Source: an uncultured Pseudomonadota bacterium (lineage in GTDB: Bacteria; Pseudomonadota; Gammaproteobacteria; Methylococcales; Methylomonadaceae). Taken from it: DNA of 64,000 nucleotides. The stretch is from NCBI GenBank assembly GCA_903847275.1, contig CAINDC010000196.1, forward strand, positions 3,884 through 67,883, in the 5' to 3' direction. Below the pieces are notes generated by a model that was given only the letters and a program-made list of their open reading frames with translations, did not search any database and was not told the origin of the DNA. Both the position numbers and the translations under genes were made by a program. Within the stretch, counting starts at the first letter, position 1; every line of letters starts with the position of its first letter. Below, piece after piece: positions 22,924-35,087 of this stretch.

Positions 22924-24276
22924 ATGCTGAAAATCTACAACACCCTGACCCGCTCAAAAGAAATTTTCACACCGCGTATTGCTGGAAAAGTCGGTTTATA
23001 TGTTTGCGGCATGACCGTTTATGATTATTGCCACGTTGGTCACGCTCGTGTGATGGTGGTTTTCGATACCATTGTGCGCTATTTACGTTATTCAAATTAC
23101 GACGTGACTTATGTGCGAAATATCACCGACATTGACGACAAAATTATTCACCGCGCCAATGAAAATGGCGAAGATTTTCACGCATTAACTGAACGATTTA
23201 TTGATGCCATGCACGAAGATGAACGGGCATTATTGGTTTTACCCGTCGATATTGAGCCGCGAGCAACGACTTCAATTCCTGACATTATTTCGATGATTGA
23301 AAAACTGATTGCCAATGAATTTGCGTATGTTGGCACGAATGGCGATGTGTTTTATGCGGTTGAAAAATTTAAAAATTACGGGCAATTATCAGGTAAAAAT
23401 TTAGACGATTTACAAGCAGGCGAACGAGTTGATGTCGATTTAGCAAAACGTAATCCGATGGATTTTGTGTTGTGGAAAATGGCAAAAGCAGACGAACCAT
23501 TTTGGGAATCACCGTGGGGAAATGGTCGTCCTGGTTGGCATATTGAATGCTCTGCGATGTCAACGTGTTGTTTAGGAAATTCATTTGATATTCACGGCGG
23601 CGGCATGGATTTGCAATTTCCGCATCATGAAAATGAAATCGCTCAATCTGAAGGCGCGACGGGGGAAAAGTTTGTGAATTTGTGGATGCACAACGGTTTT
23701 GTGCGAATCAACGAAGAAAAAATGTCGAAATCACTTGGTAATTTTTTCACCGTTCGCGAAGTGTTAAAACAATATCGTCCTGAAATTATCCGTTTCTTTA
23801 TTTTGACCAGCCATTATCGTAGCCCATTAAATTATTCTGATGAATCATTAAACGATGCAGCAGCAGGTTTGACGCGACTTTATACCGCATTGCGTGATGT
23901 TGAAATTATTGAAACTGACATAGATTTGGAATTTAAAAATCGTTTTGAACAAGCGATGAATGATGATTTTAATACGCCTGTTGCGTTAGCGGTTTTGTTC
24001 GATGTGGCGCGTGAATTGAATAAAACTAAATCGCCCGTTTTAGCGGCAACGTTGAAATCATTGGCAAATGTTTTAGGTTTATTACAAAGTGATTCGGAAG
24101 TCTTTTTAAAATCGGGAAATAATGACGATGCTGAAATTGATGCTCAAATTCAAGCGCGAGTTGACGCAAAAAAAGCGAAAAATTGGGCATTAGCAGATCA
24201 AATCCGTGATGAATTAAAAGCTAAAAATATCATTTTAGAAGATTCACCTGATGGTTCAACGCGCTGGCGACGTTGA
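22924..24276 (+). CDS. cysS: Cysteinyl-tRNA synthetase
   Basis: [25 protein letters not shown]; start at ATG 22924. Confidence 0.99.
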   Translation: MLKIYNTLTRSKEIFTPRIAGKVGLYVCGMTVYDYCHVGHARVMVVFDTIVRYLRYSNYDVTYVRNITDIDDKIIHRANENGEDFHALTERFIDAMHEDERALLVLPVDIEPRATTSIPDIISMIEKLIANEFAYVGTNGDVFYAVEKFKNYGQLSGKNLDDLQAGERVDVDLAKRNPMDFVLWKMAKADEPFWESPWGNGRPGWHIECSAMSTCCLGNSFDIHGGGMDLQFPHHENEIAQSEGATGEKFVNLWMHNGFVRINEEKMSKSLGNFFTVREVLKQYRPEIIRFFILTSHYRSPLNYSDESLNDAAAGLTRLYTALRDVEIIETDIDLEFKNRFEQAMNDDFNTPVALAVLFDVARELNKTKSPVLAATLKSLANVLGLLQSDSEVFLKSGNNDDAEIDAQIQARVDAKKAKNWALADQIRDELKAKNIILEDSPDGSTRWRR

Positions 24277-24307
24277 GTATATAATAGCTCCACTAATTTA
24301 ACCGATT

Positions 24308-27300
24308 ATGGATAGACAGACTTTAATCATGCAATCGACTCAATCTACTGACGAAAAAAATGTTTCTAAAATGCTTTCAAAACTTTTTGAGCAATTACAA
24401 GGTGAATTTGAAAGCACACTTGCTCGTCTTGAAGAACAAAATTGGATTAAGTCGCAAGTAACGCAAATTACATCTTCGATTTATCAAACAAAAAACTTTG
24501 CTGACTTAGCACAAACGCTTCTCTCCGAAATCGCGGCACCTTTGAATATCGGGCAAGGGGCGTTTTATATATTGGGTGAGAATGAGCAGCTGACTTTAAT
24601 CGGTGGTTATGGTCTACGAGCCAATAAGAAACATTCAAGTTATCAACTCGAAATTGGTGAAGGATTAGTTGGGCAATGTGCGAAAGAAAAACGCCAAATC
24701 AAGATTGAAAATTTGCCTTCCGATTACGTCAAAATCAATTCTGCGTTGGGAAATGCGTTACCGCGATGTTTGCTCATCACGCCAATTATGCACATGGATT
24801 GTCTTTTGGGTGTTATTGAATTAGCGTCATTCAATACATTTAACGAACGAGAAATTGCGCTTTTAGATGCCATTATTCCATTGCTTGCGATGAATTTGGA
24901 AATGATGGAGCGCACACTGCACACGCAACGATTATTAGAAGAAACCCAAAAACAAGCTGCGATTATGAAGCAGCAATCGATTGAAATGGCGGAAAAACAA
25001 ATCCAACTTAAAGCGACCGAACGTTGGTATCGCAGTATTGTGGATTCATCGCCAGATGGTTTATTGATTACCGATGAAAATGGTTTGATTGTGTTAACCA
25101 ATCCAAAAATCGTAGATATTTTTGGTTATCAAGCCGATGAATTGGTGGGTCAACCTGTTGAAATTTTAGTACCACAAAATGTGCGTGGTGGACATCACAA
25201 ACATCGTGATGGTTATGTTCAATCGGGCGCGGCAACAAAAAATGGCGAAAGTCGTCAAATGGGTGTTGGTTACATGACATTACACGGCGTTCGTAAAGAT
25301 GGCTCAGAATTTCCTGTTGATTTAGGATTGTCGAAATTGCCCGCGCTTGATGGAAAAGGCGTTTGCATTTGCGTATCAGTGCGCGACATTACAGAACGAA
25401 AAGCGATTGAACAAAAAATCAAACGCGACCAATTCCTTTCTGAAACGGCATTGGATTTAACCCACTCAGGTTATTGGCACGCGACGTTAACTGAAAAAGG
25501 CTTTTTTTATGTTTCTTCTGAACGTGCCTCCTCTATTTTGGGCGCAGATCCAGATAATCTTAATGACGATGATTGGTTATCACCGATTAGCATTGTTGAT
25601 GAAGATATTGCTCGCCATGTCAAAAAGAATTTCGATGACGCATTTTCAGGCGTAGGGTCTTCTTATGACTGTATTTATCCTTACATGCGCCCCATTGACG
25701 GTCGAGTGATTTGGGTTCACGCGATTGGTAACGTAATACGCGATGACGATAATAATTTCGTTGAAGTGTGCGGCGTGATTCAGGATATAACCGAATCAAA
25801 AAATGCTGAAAAAAAACTACAACTTGCTAAAGAACTCGCCGAAGAAGCGGGACAAGCTAAAACAGATTTTCTAGCGAATATGAGTCATGAAATTCGCACA
25901 CCGATGAATGCGGTTATCGGTATGTCATATTTAATGATGAAAACTGATTTAACGCCGCGCCAGCTGAATTATATCAAAAAAATCAACAGTTCAAGCCAAC
26001 ATTTACTTGGCATTATTAACGATATTTTGGATTTTTCTAAGATTGACGCAGGAAAATTGACGATTGAATCGACTGATTTCTTTATGGATAAAGTCCTTAC
26101 TAATGTCACTAATTTAATTGCCGAAAAAGTAAATGACAAAGAGTTGGAACTCATTTTCGATATATCGCCTGATGTGCCACGCCATTTAATGGGCGATCCA
26201 TTGCGTTTGGGGCAAATCCTGATTAATTACGCCAACAATGCGGTGAAATTTACCGAAAAAGGTGAAATTGTCATTGAAGTTCGCCTTGAAGAAAATAATA
26301 CAGATGATGTTTTGGTACATTTCGGTGTACGCGATACAGGCATTGGTTTAACAGAAGAACAAAAAGGACGATTATTTCAATCTTTCCAACAAGCCGATAC
26401 ATCAACCAGTCGTAAATATGGCGGGACAGGTTTGGGACTTGCGATTTCTAAACAGCTCGCGCAGTTAATGGGTGGTGACGTTGGTGTTGAAAGTGAATTA
26501 GGAAAAGGCAGCACTTTTTGGTTCACCGCAAAATTAAACCGTATTAAAGAAGGTGAAATTGTCCAAAAATCCACAATGGATTTGCGGGGTTATAAAGCCC
26601 TCGTTGTCGATGATAATTTCACTGCTCGTCAAGTATTGTCTGACCAACTGAATCATCTGTCTTTCCTTGTGACGCAAGCAGAATCAGGTAATGAAGCCAT
26701 AAAGGCGATTGAACTCGCTGCAAAAAATCACAAACCTTTCGATATTGTTTTTATTGATTGGAAAATGCCAAAAATGAACGGCTTGGAAACGGCGCGTAAT
26801 ATCCATTTACTTGAACTAGAGCAAATTCCAAAAATCGTTATGGTAACGGCTTATGGGCGTGATGATGTTGTCGATGATGCGGCGAAAGTCGGCGTGGAAT
26901 GTATTTTGACAAAACCAGTCAATTCTTCCACATTGCTGAATTCGATTATGCGGGCGTTTAAAGGCGAAGAAGTTAAACAACCAAATACAAAACGAAATAC
27001 ATCAAATTTGATAGAAAGTTTAACGGCTATCAAAAGAGCAGCAATTCTACTTACCGAAGATAATGAACTCAATCAAGAAGTCGCGTGTGGTTTATTAGAG
27101 TTTGGTAATTTTGATTTAGATATTGCAAACAACGGTCAAGAAGCCATTGATATGGTTGGTATCAAGCATTACGACATCGTATTAATGGATATGCAAATGC
27201 CTGTGATGGACGGCGTGGCGGCGACTATCGAAATTCGTAAAAATACAGATTTAGATGCGTTACCGATTATTGCCATGACCGCAAATGCAAGATCAGAAGA

Positions 27301-28066
27301 TAAAGAAAAATGTTTAAGTGCGGGAATGCAAGACCATATTTCAAAACCGATTGATCCCGAAGAATTATTCAATGCGTTGCTTACATGGATTAAACCGCGT
27401 GATGGTGTTGGTGAAATAATTGAATCTGAACAACAAACCAACCCTGAAAAATCCTCGCCAGAAATCAATTTGAATGATTTGTTAATTATTGAAAATCTTG
27501 ATGTGGAACTTGGTTTGCAGCGTGTATTAGGTAATAGAACACTTTATTTGAATATATTACGCAAATATATCGGCAATCAAGATACCGCAGTAGCAGAAAT
27601 TAGAACGGCTTTGAGTGCGGGTGATTATTCGACGGCAGAGCGTCTTGTCCATACACTTAAAAGCATGAGCGGAAATATAGGGGCAACACTTTTACAAAGT
27701 ACGGCAGAAGAATTAGAAAATATGATTCGCAGTGGTGAGATTAACAACATTGACGTTAAACTTACCGTATTTTCAGAAATGCTTGATGCAATGGTTGCTA
27801 AAATAAAAAAGGGATTGCCCGCTGAAGAAGCGCATATTGTAAAAACCATTGATGCAAGCAAAGCTCCTGAAGTTATTAGACAATTAAAAGAATTACTCGC
27901 GGCTGACAGCAGTAAATCGGGTGCGCTAATTGATGATAATCTTGATTTATTGCATTTTATTTTGGGTGCGAAAGCATTTTCAAAAATAGATCGTGCTGTA
28001 AAACAATTTGATTTAGATGAAGCCCTAGAGTTTCTCGAAGAACGTATTACAGAACTTGAAATTTAA
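24308..28066 (+). CDS. Soluble hybrid histidine kinase (GAF-PAS-PAS-HisKA-HATPase-REC-REC-Hpt)
   Basis: [17 protein letters not shown] repeats, [21 protein letters not shown], two receivers, HTLKS Hpt motif; no clear TM helix. Confidence 0.93.
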   Translation: MDRQTLIMQSTQSTDEKNVSKMLSKLFEQLQGEFESTLARLEEQNWIKSQVTQITSSIYQTKNFADLAQTLLSEIAAPLNIGQGAFYILGENEQLTLIGGYGLRANKKHSSYQLEIGEGLVGQCAKEKRQIKIENLPSDYVKINSALGNALPRCLLITPIMHMDCLLGVIELASFNTFNEREIALLDAIIPLLAMNLEMMERTLHTQRLLEETQKQAAIMKQQSIEMAEKQIQLKATERWYRSIVDSSPDGLLITDENGLIVLTNPKIVDIFGYQADELVGQPVEILVPQNVRGGHHKHRDGYVQSGAATKNGESRQMGVGYMTLHGVRKDGSEFPVDLGLSKLPALDGKGVCICVSVRDITERKAIEQKIKRDQFLSETALDLTHSGYWHATLTEKGFFYVSSERASSILGADPDNLNDDDWLSPISIVDEDIARHVKKNFDDAFSGVGSSYDCIYPYMRPIDGRVIWVHAIGNVIRDDDNNFVEVCGVIQDITESKNAEKKLQLAKELAEEAGQAKTDFLANMSHEIRTPMNAVIGMSYLMMKTDLTPRQLNYIKKINSSSQHLLGIINDILDFSKIDAGKLTIESTDFFMDKVLTNVTNLIAEKVNDKELELIFDISPDVPRHLMGDPLRLGQILINYANNAVKFTEKGEIVIEVRLEENNTDDVLVHFGVRDTGIGLTEEQKGRLFQSFQQADTSTSRKYGGTGLGLAISKQLAQLMGGDVGVESELGKGSTFWFTAKLNRIKEGEIVQKSTMDLRGYKALVVDDNFTARQVLSDQLNHLSFLVTQAESGNEAIKAIELAAKNHKPFDIVFIDWKMPKMNGLETARNIHLLELEQIPKIVMVTAYGRDDVVDDAAKVGVECILTKPVNSSTLLNSIMRAFKGEEVKQPNTKRNTSNLIESLTAIKRAAILLTEDNELNQEVACGLLEFGNFDLDIANNGQEAIDMVGIKHYDIVLMDMQMPVMDGVAATIEIRKNTDLDALPIIAMTANARSEDKEKCLSAGMQDHISKPIDPEELFNALLTWIKPRDGVGEIIESEQQTNPEKSSPEINLNDLLIIENLDVELGLQRVLGNRTLYLNILRKYIGNQDTAVAEIRTALSAGDYSTAERLVHTLKSMSGNIGATLLQSTAEELENMIRSGEINNIDVKLTVFSEMLDAMVAKIKKGLPAEEAHIVKTIDASKAPEVIRQLKELLAADSSKSGALIDDNLDLLHFILGAKAFSKIDRAVKQFDLDEALEFLEERITELEI

Positions 28067-28102
28067 CTACAAAAAAATAATAAAATTATTTAGAGGAAAA
28101 CA

Positions 28103-29287
28103 ATGTCTTCAACTAACGAAAATACCGACAAAGCAACGATTCTTGTCGTTGATGATACGCCCGACAATCTTATTATTATGAGTAATTTGCTCGAAGATAA
28201 ATATATCGTTAAAGTTGCAAATCGGGGTGAAAAAGGTTTGAAAATCGCCCGTTCAGATTCACCGCCTGATTTGATTCTTTTGGATATTATGATGCCTGAA
28301 ATGGACGGTTATGAAGTGTGCGAACTTTTGAAAGCCGACCCAAAAACCGCTGATATTCCGATTATTTTTCTGACAGCTAAAAACGAAGTTGATGATGAAA
28401 TTTCTGGTTTTACACTGGGTGCAGTCGATTACATTACAAAACCAATTCAAGCCGAAGTCACATTAGCCAGAATCAAACGGCATTTGACGATTAAAATGGC
28501 ACAAGATAAACAACGCGCCACCGCCGAAAAATTGCGTAATCAATTACTACATCTGCAAAAAGTGAGCAGCATGGGGCAATTAACGGCGGGCGTTGCACAC
28601 GAATTTAATAACATTTTAGGTGTTATCAGTGGTTACACTGAAATAAGCAAAATGATTCTTGAAGATATTCAAGATGACAATTGCAAAGACGATTTAGGTC
28701 AAAATTTATCTGCGGTTGAAAAAGGAGTCAAAAAAGCGACTAATTTAATTCAAAAAATGCTTGTTTATTGCAATCAGCATGATTTGAACGAAATAAAAAA
28801 AATGGATGTTAAATCGACAGCGGACATTATCAATGATGTTTTATCAACGCTAGATGCGACGGATAAAGCGAAAACGACCTTAACGCTGTCATCGTGTGCA
28901 AAAAATATCGAAATAGATTCGACCGCATTAAATCAAATCGTGACCAATTTAGTGAACAATGCACATTACACCATCAAAGATATTCCAAGTGGACGGGTGG
29001 AAATTTCATTACAAATGACTCAATTAGATGAATTGCACTGTGCAGCTTGCGGCAATGAAATAAGCGGCTCATTTATCAAATTAAGAGTATCGGATAATGG
29101 CAGTGGAATGGATTGCGAAACAGCCGCGAAAGTATTTGATCCATTTTTCACCACAAAACCTGTTGGCGATGGTGTCGGCTTAGGACTTTCGGTGGTTAGC
29201 GGCATAGTGCATCAATCGAATGGTCATATTATTGTTGATTCAACATTAGGTGAAGGCACGATATTTAAATTATTTTTCCCCATTTGA
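28103..29287 (+). CDS. Receiver-histidine kinase (REC-HisKA-HATPase)
   Basis: ILVVDD...LLDIMMP receiver; GVAHEFNN H-box; FDPFFTTK, GVGLGL. Confidence 0.92.
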   Translation: MSSTNENTDKATILVVDDTPDNLIIMSNLLEDKYIVKVANRGEKGLKIARSDSPPDLILLDIMMPEMDGYEVCELLKADPKTADIPIIFLTAKNEVDDEISGFTLGAVDYITKPIQAEVTLARIKRHLTIKMAQDKQRATAEKLRNQLLHLQKVSSMGQLTAGVAHEFNNILGVISGYTEISKMILEDIQDDNCKDDLGQNLSAVEKGVKKATNLIQKMLVYCNQHDLNEIKKMDVKSTADIINDVLSTLDATDKAKTTLTLSSCAKNIEIDSTALNQIVTNLVNNAHYTIKDIPSGRVEISLQMTQLDELHCAACGNEISGSFIKLRVSDNGSGMDCETAAKVFDPFFTTKPVGDGVGLGLSVVSGIVHQSNGHIIVDSTLGEGTIFKLFFPI

Positions 29288-29302
29288 GTATTGTAAATTT
29301 TC

Positions 29303-31531
29303 ATGTTCGTTCATTCACAAATTGAAATCCAAGGCTTTGTACAAGGCGTTGGATTTCGTCCATTTGTGGCACGTTTAGCGACGCGATTTTTACAAAATGG
29401 GGGGATTAAAAACACATCAACAGGCGTTTTAATTTCAGTTGAAGGTTTACAAATTCAACAGCAAGAATTTTTCGATGCACTTCAAAATGAATTACCGCCA
29501 TTTGCGGAAATTCACTATTTAAAAATTACTTCTGAGCCGTTACAAAATTTCAATCAATTTGAAATTTCCCCCAGTGTTTCTAATTCTCGAACTTTTGCTT
29601 TTTCATTGCCCGATATTGCGACGTGTCCCGAATGCGTTGAAGATATTTTCAATCCAAAAAGTCGTTATTTTCGTTATCCGTTCACCAGTTGTTGCAGTTG
29701 TGGCGCACGTTACAGCATCGCGACGCGCCAACCTTATGACCGCGAAAACACCAGCATGGCAAAATTTATTTTGTGTTTGGATTGTGAAAGCGAATATCGA
29801 ACAATAGACAATCGCCGTTTTCACGCACAAACCATTGCCTGTCCAACGTGTGGTGTTCAACTTTCTTTTTTGGATAATTTTGGAAATTTTATCGCTGAAA
29901 AAGAAGACGCTTTGGAATCGGCGGTTAAAGCATTAAAAGCAGGAAAAATCATTGCGTTAAAAGGTATTGGTGGTTATCAATTAGTTGTCGATGCGACAAA
30001 TGAAACAGCAGTTCAGCGTTTGCGCGAACGAAAAAAACGCCCAATGAAACCATTTGCGTTAATGGTTAAAAATTTAGCCGCCGCGCATTTGTTATGCGAC
30101 ATCAGAGAACTCGAACAATCCGCCCTCACCTCATCTGCTGCGCCAATCGTTTTATTAAAACGTCGTGAATTTTCCGATATTGCCAAATCCGTCGCTCCGC
30201 AACAATCGTTGCTCGGCGTGATGCTGGCATATTCTCCGTTGCATCACTTGCTGTTGCATGATTTTAATTCGCCGATTGTTGCGACGAGTGGGAATCGTTC
30301 CAACGAACCAATTTGTATTGATAACACGCAAGCGTTGGAAAAATTAGCCGATATTGCCGATTATTTTTTGGTTCACAATCGTGCGATTTTACGCCCGCTC
30401 GATGATTCGATTGCGCGAGAAATCAATGGAAAAATGACGGTTTTTCGACGTGCGCGTGGCTTTGCGCCATTGCCAATAAAAATAAATGCAATTATGCCAA
30501 ACACGCTTGCTGTCGGTGGACAAATGAAAAACACCATTGCGATTAGTCATAATAATCAAACGATTTTAAGTCAGCATTTAGGCGATTTGGATTCCGAAGC
30601 GACGCGCAAGCAATTTGAAAAAATACTCGCGGATTTACAAAAATCTTATGCTTTTGAACCGTTGCGAGTGATGCACGATTTGCATCCCGATTATGTGAGC
30701 AGTCAGTTTGCGGCAAATTTAAATATCGAAAAACACGCTGTGCAACATCATTACGCCCACGCGCTTTCGTGTATGGCTGAAAATAATGTGTTGCCACCCG
30801 CGTTAGGAATTGTTTTTGATGGTTCGGGTTTTGGTTTGGACGGCACGATTTGGGGTGGAGAGTTTTTGCTAATTGATGAAAAAGGTTTTGAACGTTTCGC
30901 CTATTTTCACCCATTTCCATTAGTTGGCGGCTCGAAAGCGATTCAAGAACCACGTCGCGCAGCATTAGGTTTGTTGTTTTGTTGTTATGGCGAAGTGGCT
31001 TTTGAAAAGATGGATTTTGATTTTTCGCAAACTGAAAAAACTATATTAAAAATCGCTTTGACTAAAAATTTGAATTGCCCAAAGACTAGCAGTGTTGGAC
31101 GTTTATTTGATGCAGTGGCGAGTTTATTGGAGATTTGCCACGTTAATCAATACGAAGGTCACGCGGCAATGTTGCTGGAATCATGCGCTGCAAAATCTAA
31201 AACGAATGATTTTTATACGTTTGAAATAAAAGAAAAAATAATTGATTGGAAGCCGATGATTGAGCAACTTTTAACAGATAAAAAATCGCAATTGACCAAT
31301 TATTGTGCAGCAAAATTTCATAATACGTTGGCAAAAATTAGCCTTGAAATTGCTCAACGAGCGAATCAAAAAAATATCGTTTTAAGTGGTGGCTGTTTTC
31401 AAAATGCACAACTCACCACAAAGATTTTTGTCGAATTAACAGCTGCAAATTTTTCTGTTTACACACATCAAAATGTGCCGCCCAATGACGGAGGTTTGGC
31501 ATTGGGGCAATTATTCGCAGCGTCTTTTTAA
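29303..31531 (+). CDS. hypF: [NiFe]-hydrogenase maturation carbamoyltransferase
   Basis: GFVQGVGFRPF, CxxC zinc fingers, HDLHPDY, QHHYAH, PPNDGGLALGQ. Confidence 0.97.
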   Translation: MFVHSQIEIQGFVQGVGFRPFVARLATRFLQNGGIKNTSTGVLISVEGLQIQQQEFFDALQNELPPFAEIHYLKITSEPLQNFNQFEISPSVSNSRTFAFSLPDIATCPECVEDIFNPKSRYFRYPFTSCCSCGARYSIATRQPYDRENTSMAKFILCLDCESEYRTIDNRRFHAQTIACPTCGVQLSFLDNFGNFIAEKEDALESAVKALKAGKIIALKGIGGYQLVVDATNETAVQRLRERKKRPMKPFALMVKNLAAAHLLCDIRELEQSALTSSAAPIVLLKRREFSDIAKSVAPQQSLLGVMLAYSPLHHLLLHDFNSPIVATSGNRSNEPICIDNTQALEKLADIADYFLVHNRAILRPLDDSIAREINGKMTVFRRARGFAPLPIKINAIMPNTLAVGGQMKNTIAISHNNQTILSQHLGDLDSEATRKQFEKILADLQKSYAFEPLRVMHDLHPDYVSSQFAANLNIEKHAVQHHYAHALSCMAENNVLPPALGIVFDGSGFGLDGTIWGGEFLLIDEKGFERFAYFHPFPLVGGSKAIQEPRRAALGLLFCCYGEVAFEKMDFDFSQTEKTILKIALTKNLNCPKTSSVGRLFDAVASLLEICHVNQYEGHAAMLLESCAAKSKTNDFYTFEIKEKIIDWKPMIEQLLTDKKSQLTNYCAAKFHNTLAKISLEIAQRANQKNIVLSGGCFQNAQLTTKIFVELTAANFSVYTHQNVPPNDGGLALGQLFAASF

Positions 31532-31827
31532 CTTGATTCAGTCTTTTCGTCAGTGTTTTTTTCGTTAAATACAAAATACAAATTGCGAGCATAAATAAAT
31601 AAGCCGCTCGCTTGTCCTAAAATAAAAACAGGGTCTTGGCGATAAATTGCGTATGCCAATAAAGTTAGTCCACCGCCAATGCTGAAATACCAAAATGCGA
31701 CAGGAAAAACACTTTTTTTTGCTTTTTCACTTTTAAGCCACTGAATAATAAAGCGCGCTGAAAATAATGCCTGCCCTAAAAATCCAATCCCCAACCAAAT
31801 AGTTTCTTGACTGATATTAACGTTCAA
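31528..31827 (-). CDS. Lipid-A-biosynthesis N-terminal-domain (LAB_N) small membrane protein
   Basis: GFLGQALFSARFIIQW..SE, FWYFSIGG, DPVFILGQ. Confidence 0.88.
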   Translation of the reverse strand: MNVNISQETIWLGIGFLGQALFSARFIIQWLKSEKAKKSVFPVAFWYFSIGGGLTLLAYAIYRQDPVFILGQASGLFIYARNLYFVFNEKNTDEKTESS

Positions 31828-32545
31828 TTTCGCTAACCTCGGTAAGTTTCATTCTTGTTTTTAACCAAATTACGCCCGCAATATCGCTAATTCCAACCCA
31901 TAGACGGTCAAGTGTGCCGTAATTAGAAACGCCGCGTTCTCTGGCGCGATGCGTAACAGGAATAGAAACAACTTGATAGCCCGAACGAAGCATTAACGCA
32001 GGTAAGAAACGATGGTAATGATCAAAAAAGGGGAGTTGTAAAGCGGCATCGCGCAAAAAAACTTTCAAGCCACAACCCGTGTCTGGCGTAGCATCACCTA
32101 ATAATCGTGAGCGAATACCGTTAGCAAATTTCGACGAAAATAATCGCCATGCGGAATCGTGACGCTGATTTCTCCAACCTGCAATCATAGCAAGTTTTAA
32201 ATTAGTTTCGCGTTGCGATTGTAATTGCGCGTATAAATTCGGAATATCAACTGGATTATTTTGTCCATCACCATCAAGTGTTGCAATTACAGGAAATTTC
32301 GCAGCTTTGATGCCTGTGTAAATTGCAGCACTTTGTCCACAGCTTTTTTCATGATGAAAAACGCGCAGATTTGGAATCGTTTGTTGAGCTGTTTTTAAAA
32401 TTTCTAACGTGTTATCGCTACTGCCGTCATTGATATAAATAATTTCATAGTCAGCAAAATTTTGTAAAGTCGCAATGATTTCGTTTAATAGCGGAGTGAT
32501 ATTTTCAGCTTCATTATGAACAGGAACAACGATTGAAATCGTCAT
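31817..32545 (-). CDS. GT2 polyprenyl-phosphate glycosyltransferase (ArnC/DPM-like)
   Basis: SIVVPVHNE, DGSSD, DGDGQN, DTGCGLK, HRFLPAL. Confidence 0.92.
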   Translation of the reverse strand: MTISIVVPVHNEAENITPLLNEIIATLQNFADYEIIYINDGSSDNTLEILKTAQQTIPNLRVFHHEKSCGQSAAIYTGIKAAKFPVIATLDGDGQNNPVDIPNLYAQLQSQRETNLKLAMIAGWRNQRHDSAWRLFSSKFANGIRSRLLGDATPDTGCGLKVFLRDAALQLPFFDHYHRFLPALMLRSGYQVVSIPVTHRARERGVSNYGTLDRLWVGISDIAGVIWLKTRMKLTEVSEIER

Positions 32546-32575
32546 AAAAACCTCGTGATTTTAGAATTGAACCAT

Positions 32576-32609
32576 AAAAAAAGGGCTACATCTTAAAATG
32601 CAGCCCTTT
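32576..32609 (-). terminator. Intrinsic terminator of rplM-rpsI
   Basis: Minus strand AAAGGGCTGCAT-tttaag-ATGTAGCCCTTTTTTT. Confidence 0.8.
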
Positions 32610-32658
32610 ATTCGTGCCACTGTGTTGAGTAAAAACCCAACACAACAAGCCAAAACGA

Positions 32659-33051
32659 TTAACGTTTTGAGTATTGTGGACGTTTTCTCGCTTTGTGTAA
32701 GCCGATTTTTTTACGTTCGACTTCACGCGAATCACGCGTTACAAAACCTGCTTTTCTTAATTCAGGACGCAATGTTTCATCATAAACCATCAACGCACGA
32801 GTTAAACCGTGACGAATCGCGCCAGCTTGACCAGAAGGACCACTGCCTTTTACGAAAACGTTGACATCGAATTTACCCATCATCTCAAGCAATTCAAGCG
32901 GTTGAGTTGAAACCATTTGATCCGTTTTACGACCAAAATAAACGTCTAATTCTTTGTTGTTGACAGTAAATTTGCCTGTTCCCGCCACTGCATAAACGCG
33001 AGCAGTTGCACTTTTACGACGACCTGTACCATAGTATTGAGTTGCAGCCAT
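32659..33051 (-). CDS. rpsI: 30S ribosomal protein S9
   Basis: [21 protein letters not shown]. Confidence 0.99.
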   Translation of the reverse strand: MAATQYYGTGRRKSATARVYAVAGTGKFTVNNKELDVYFGRKTDQMVSTQPLELLEMMGKFDVNVFVKGSGPSGQAGAIRHGLTRALMVYDETLRPELRKAGFVTRDSREVERKKIGLHKARKRPQYSKR

Positions 33052-33053
33052 GT

Positions 33054-33494
33054 TTATTTACTCACAAATAATTCTAAAACTTTAGGTTGTTGTGCTTGAT
33101 GCTCGTGTTCTGCACCAGCATACACTTTCAACTTTTTAAACATCGCACGACCCAATGGATTGTTCGGTAACATACCTTTTACAGCTGTCGTTAGAATACG
33201 ATCTGGGAAGGTTTTTCTTAATTTACCTAACGTCGTTGTTTTCAAGTTACCGATATAACCTGTGTGATGTTGGTAAAGTTTGTTTTTTTCTTTATTGCCT
33301 GTTACGCCAATTTTTTCAGCATTTACCACGATGATGTAATCACCAGTGTCAACGTGTGGCGTGTATTCAGGTTTATGTTTTCCACGAAGGCGAAGTGCGA
33401 TTTCAGAAGCTAAACGACCTAACGTTTTACCTTCCGCATCAACCACATACCAATCACGTTTTACTTCTGCGGGTTTTGCGCTAAATGTTTTCAT
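33054..33494 (-). CDS. rplM: 50S ribosomal protein L13
   Basis: [21 protein letters not shown]. Confidence 0.99.
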   Translation of the reverse strand: MKTFSAKPAEVKRDWYVVDAEGKTLGRLASEIALRLRGKHKPEYTPHVDTGDYIIVVNAEKIGVTGNKEKNKLYQHHTGYIGNLKTTTLGKLRKTFPDRILTTAVKGMLPNNPLGRAMFKKLKVYAGAEHEHQAQQPKVLELFVSK

Positions 33495-33579
33495 TTTTTT
33501 ATTTCTACCAAAAATCTCAATAATTGAGAGCGAAAATTAAGTAAATCACCAACTTTTACAGCTGGTTCTTATGGTGGCT

Positions 33580-33609
33580 ATTATAGACCAGTAAACACTT
33601 ATATAACAA
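33580..33609 (-). promoter_or_regulatory. Probable sigma70 promoter of rplM-rpsI
   Basis: TTGTTA-18 bp-TATAAT followed by GC-rich AGCCACC. Confidence 0.55.
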
Positions 33610-33620
33610 CCGCGCATCGT

Positions 33621-34973
33621 TCATAGTTTGATATTAAGCGAATGCAATTTTCGATATAAATGTGTTCGCTCCATGCCAACAGCAGCCGATAATTTCGCCA
33701 CGCTGCCACCTGTTTTTTCAAAATGATATTCCAAATAGGCTTTTTCAAAATGATCACGCGCTTCTTTTAGTGGCAAATTAAAAAATTCTGGGACAGATGA
33801 CATCATCATCGAATCACCACTAATTCTCCCCACTGTATTTTTTACCTCATCTAACTCAATTGCTTCACCTACGCCCAAAATCATCAAGCGTTGCACCACA
33901 TTTTTGAGTTCACGGACATTGCCACGCCAGCTGTAATTGCGTAAATAATTTTGTGCAGCCATCGAAAAACGTCTAAATGGTAATTTTTCATGCGTTACAA
34001 AATAATCCACATAAGAATTCAATAATGCAGGTACGTCTTCGCTGTGTTCACGCAACGGAGCAATCGTTAACGTTACTTCATTGAGCAAATAATAAAGCTC
34101 ATGTCGAAATCGTCCCAAACGCACTTCTTCATCTAACGCCATGCGTGTTGAAGCCATCACATGAACATTTACATTCACTGCTTCACTGCCACCTACTCGT
34201 AAAAATGAACTCGATTCCAACGCGCTCAATAAACGCAATTGGGTTTCTTTATCCATGTCGCCAATTTCGCCCAAAAATAACGTGCCATTATTCGCACGTT
34301 CGAGTAATCCTTGATAAATTCGATGTCCGTCTTCTTTGCCAAAAAACTCAACTGCTGAATTTTCAGGTGAAATGCTGCCGACCGCAACGTTGATAAACGC
34401 GCCATTTTTGTGTGCGCTGTGATTGTGCAAATATCGCGCATAGAGTTCTTTGCCAACGCCCGCCTCACCAACAAATAAAACACGCGTGTCATGCTGCGCG
34501 AGACGTTTCAATTGTTCTTTGGTTCGCGCAACCGCTATACTTTTTCCTGTAGGCTCAATATCAATATGAATCGTGGGACGCAAACCTGCATTTTGTTGAC
34601 CTGCTTCTAAGGCTTTTTCGACAAGTAATAATAATTTTGCCAACGACAATGGTTTTTCTAAAAAGTCGAACGCACCTAATCGTGTCGCTTCAACAGCGGC
34701 TTCAACAGAACCATGTCCAGACATCATAATGACAGGACACAATGTTTTTTCTTCGGCGAGCCATTCCTTTAACAAGGTAATCCCGTCTGTGTCAGGCATC
34801 CAAATATCAAGCAAAATCAAATCGGGTTTAGTCGAAATTTTTAACTCTTTCGCGACGCTAGCATTTTCAGCCATACTGACTTGATAGCCTTCGTCTTCTA
34901 AAATTTCGCCTAATAAATGGCGAATATCGGGTTCATCATCAACAACTAAAATACGCGAAAATTGATTACTCAT
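33621..34973 (-). CDS. ntrX: NtrX-like response regulator (REC-AAA+-HTH)
   Basis: LLDIWMPDTDG, MMSGHG, GMERTHLYRKL; GAFTGA loop absent. Start set at ATG 34973. Confidence 0.8.
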   Translation of the reverse strand: MSNQFSRILVVDDEPDIRHLLGEILEDEGYQVSMAENASVAKELKISTKPDLILLDIWMPDTDGITLLKEWLAEEKTLCPVIMMSGHGSVEAAVEATRLGAFDFLEKPLSLAKLLLLVEKALEAGQQNAGLRPTIHIDIEPTGKSIAVARTKEQLKRLAQHDTRVLFVGEAGVGKELYARYLHNHSAHKNGAFINVAVGSISPENSAVEFFGKEDGHRIYQGLLERANNGTLFLGEIGDMDKETQLRLLSALESSSFLRVGGSEAVNVNVHVMASTRMALDEEVRLGRFRHELYYLLNEVTLTIAPLREHSEDVPALLNSYVDYFVTHEKLPFRRFSMAAQNYLRNYSWRGNVRELKNVVQRLMILGVGEAIELDEVKNTVGRISGDSMMMSSVPEFFNLPLKEARDHFEKAYLEYHFEKTGGSVAKLSAAVGMERTHLYRKLHSLNIKL

Positions 34974-35087
34974 AAGGTTTTTATAGATTGAATTAAAGTG
35001 ACGCAAATCATGGCATTCTATAGTTTTAGATGCAATCGCGATTTTGAAGGTAAAATTGAAACAAATGAAAATTCAACAAAACAAATT

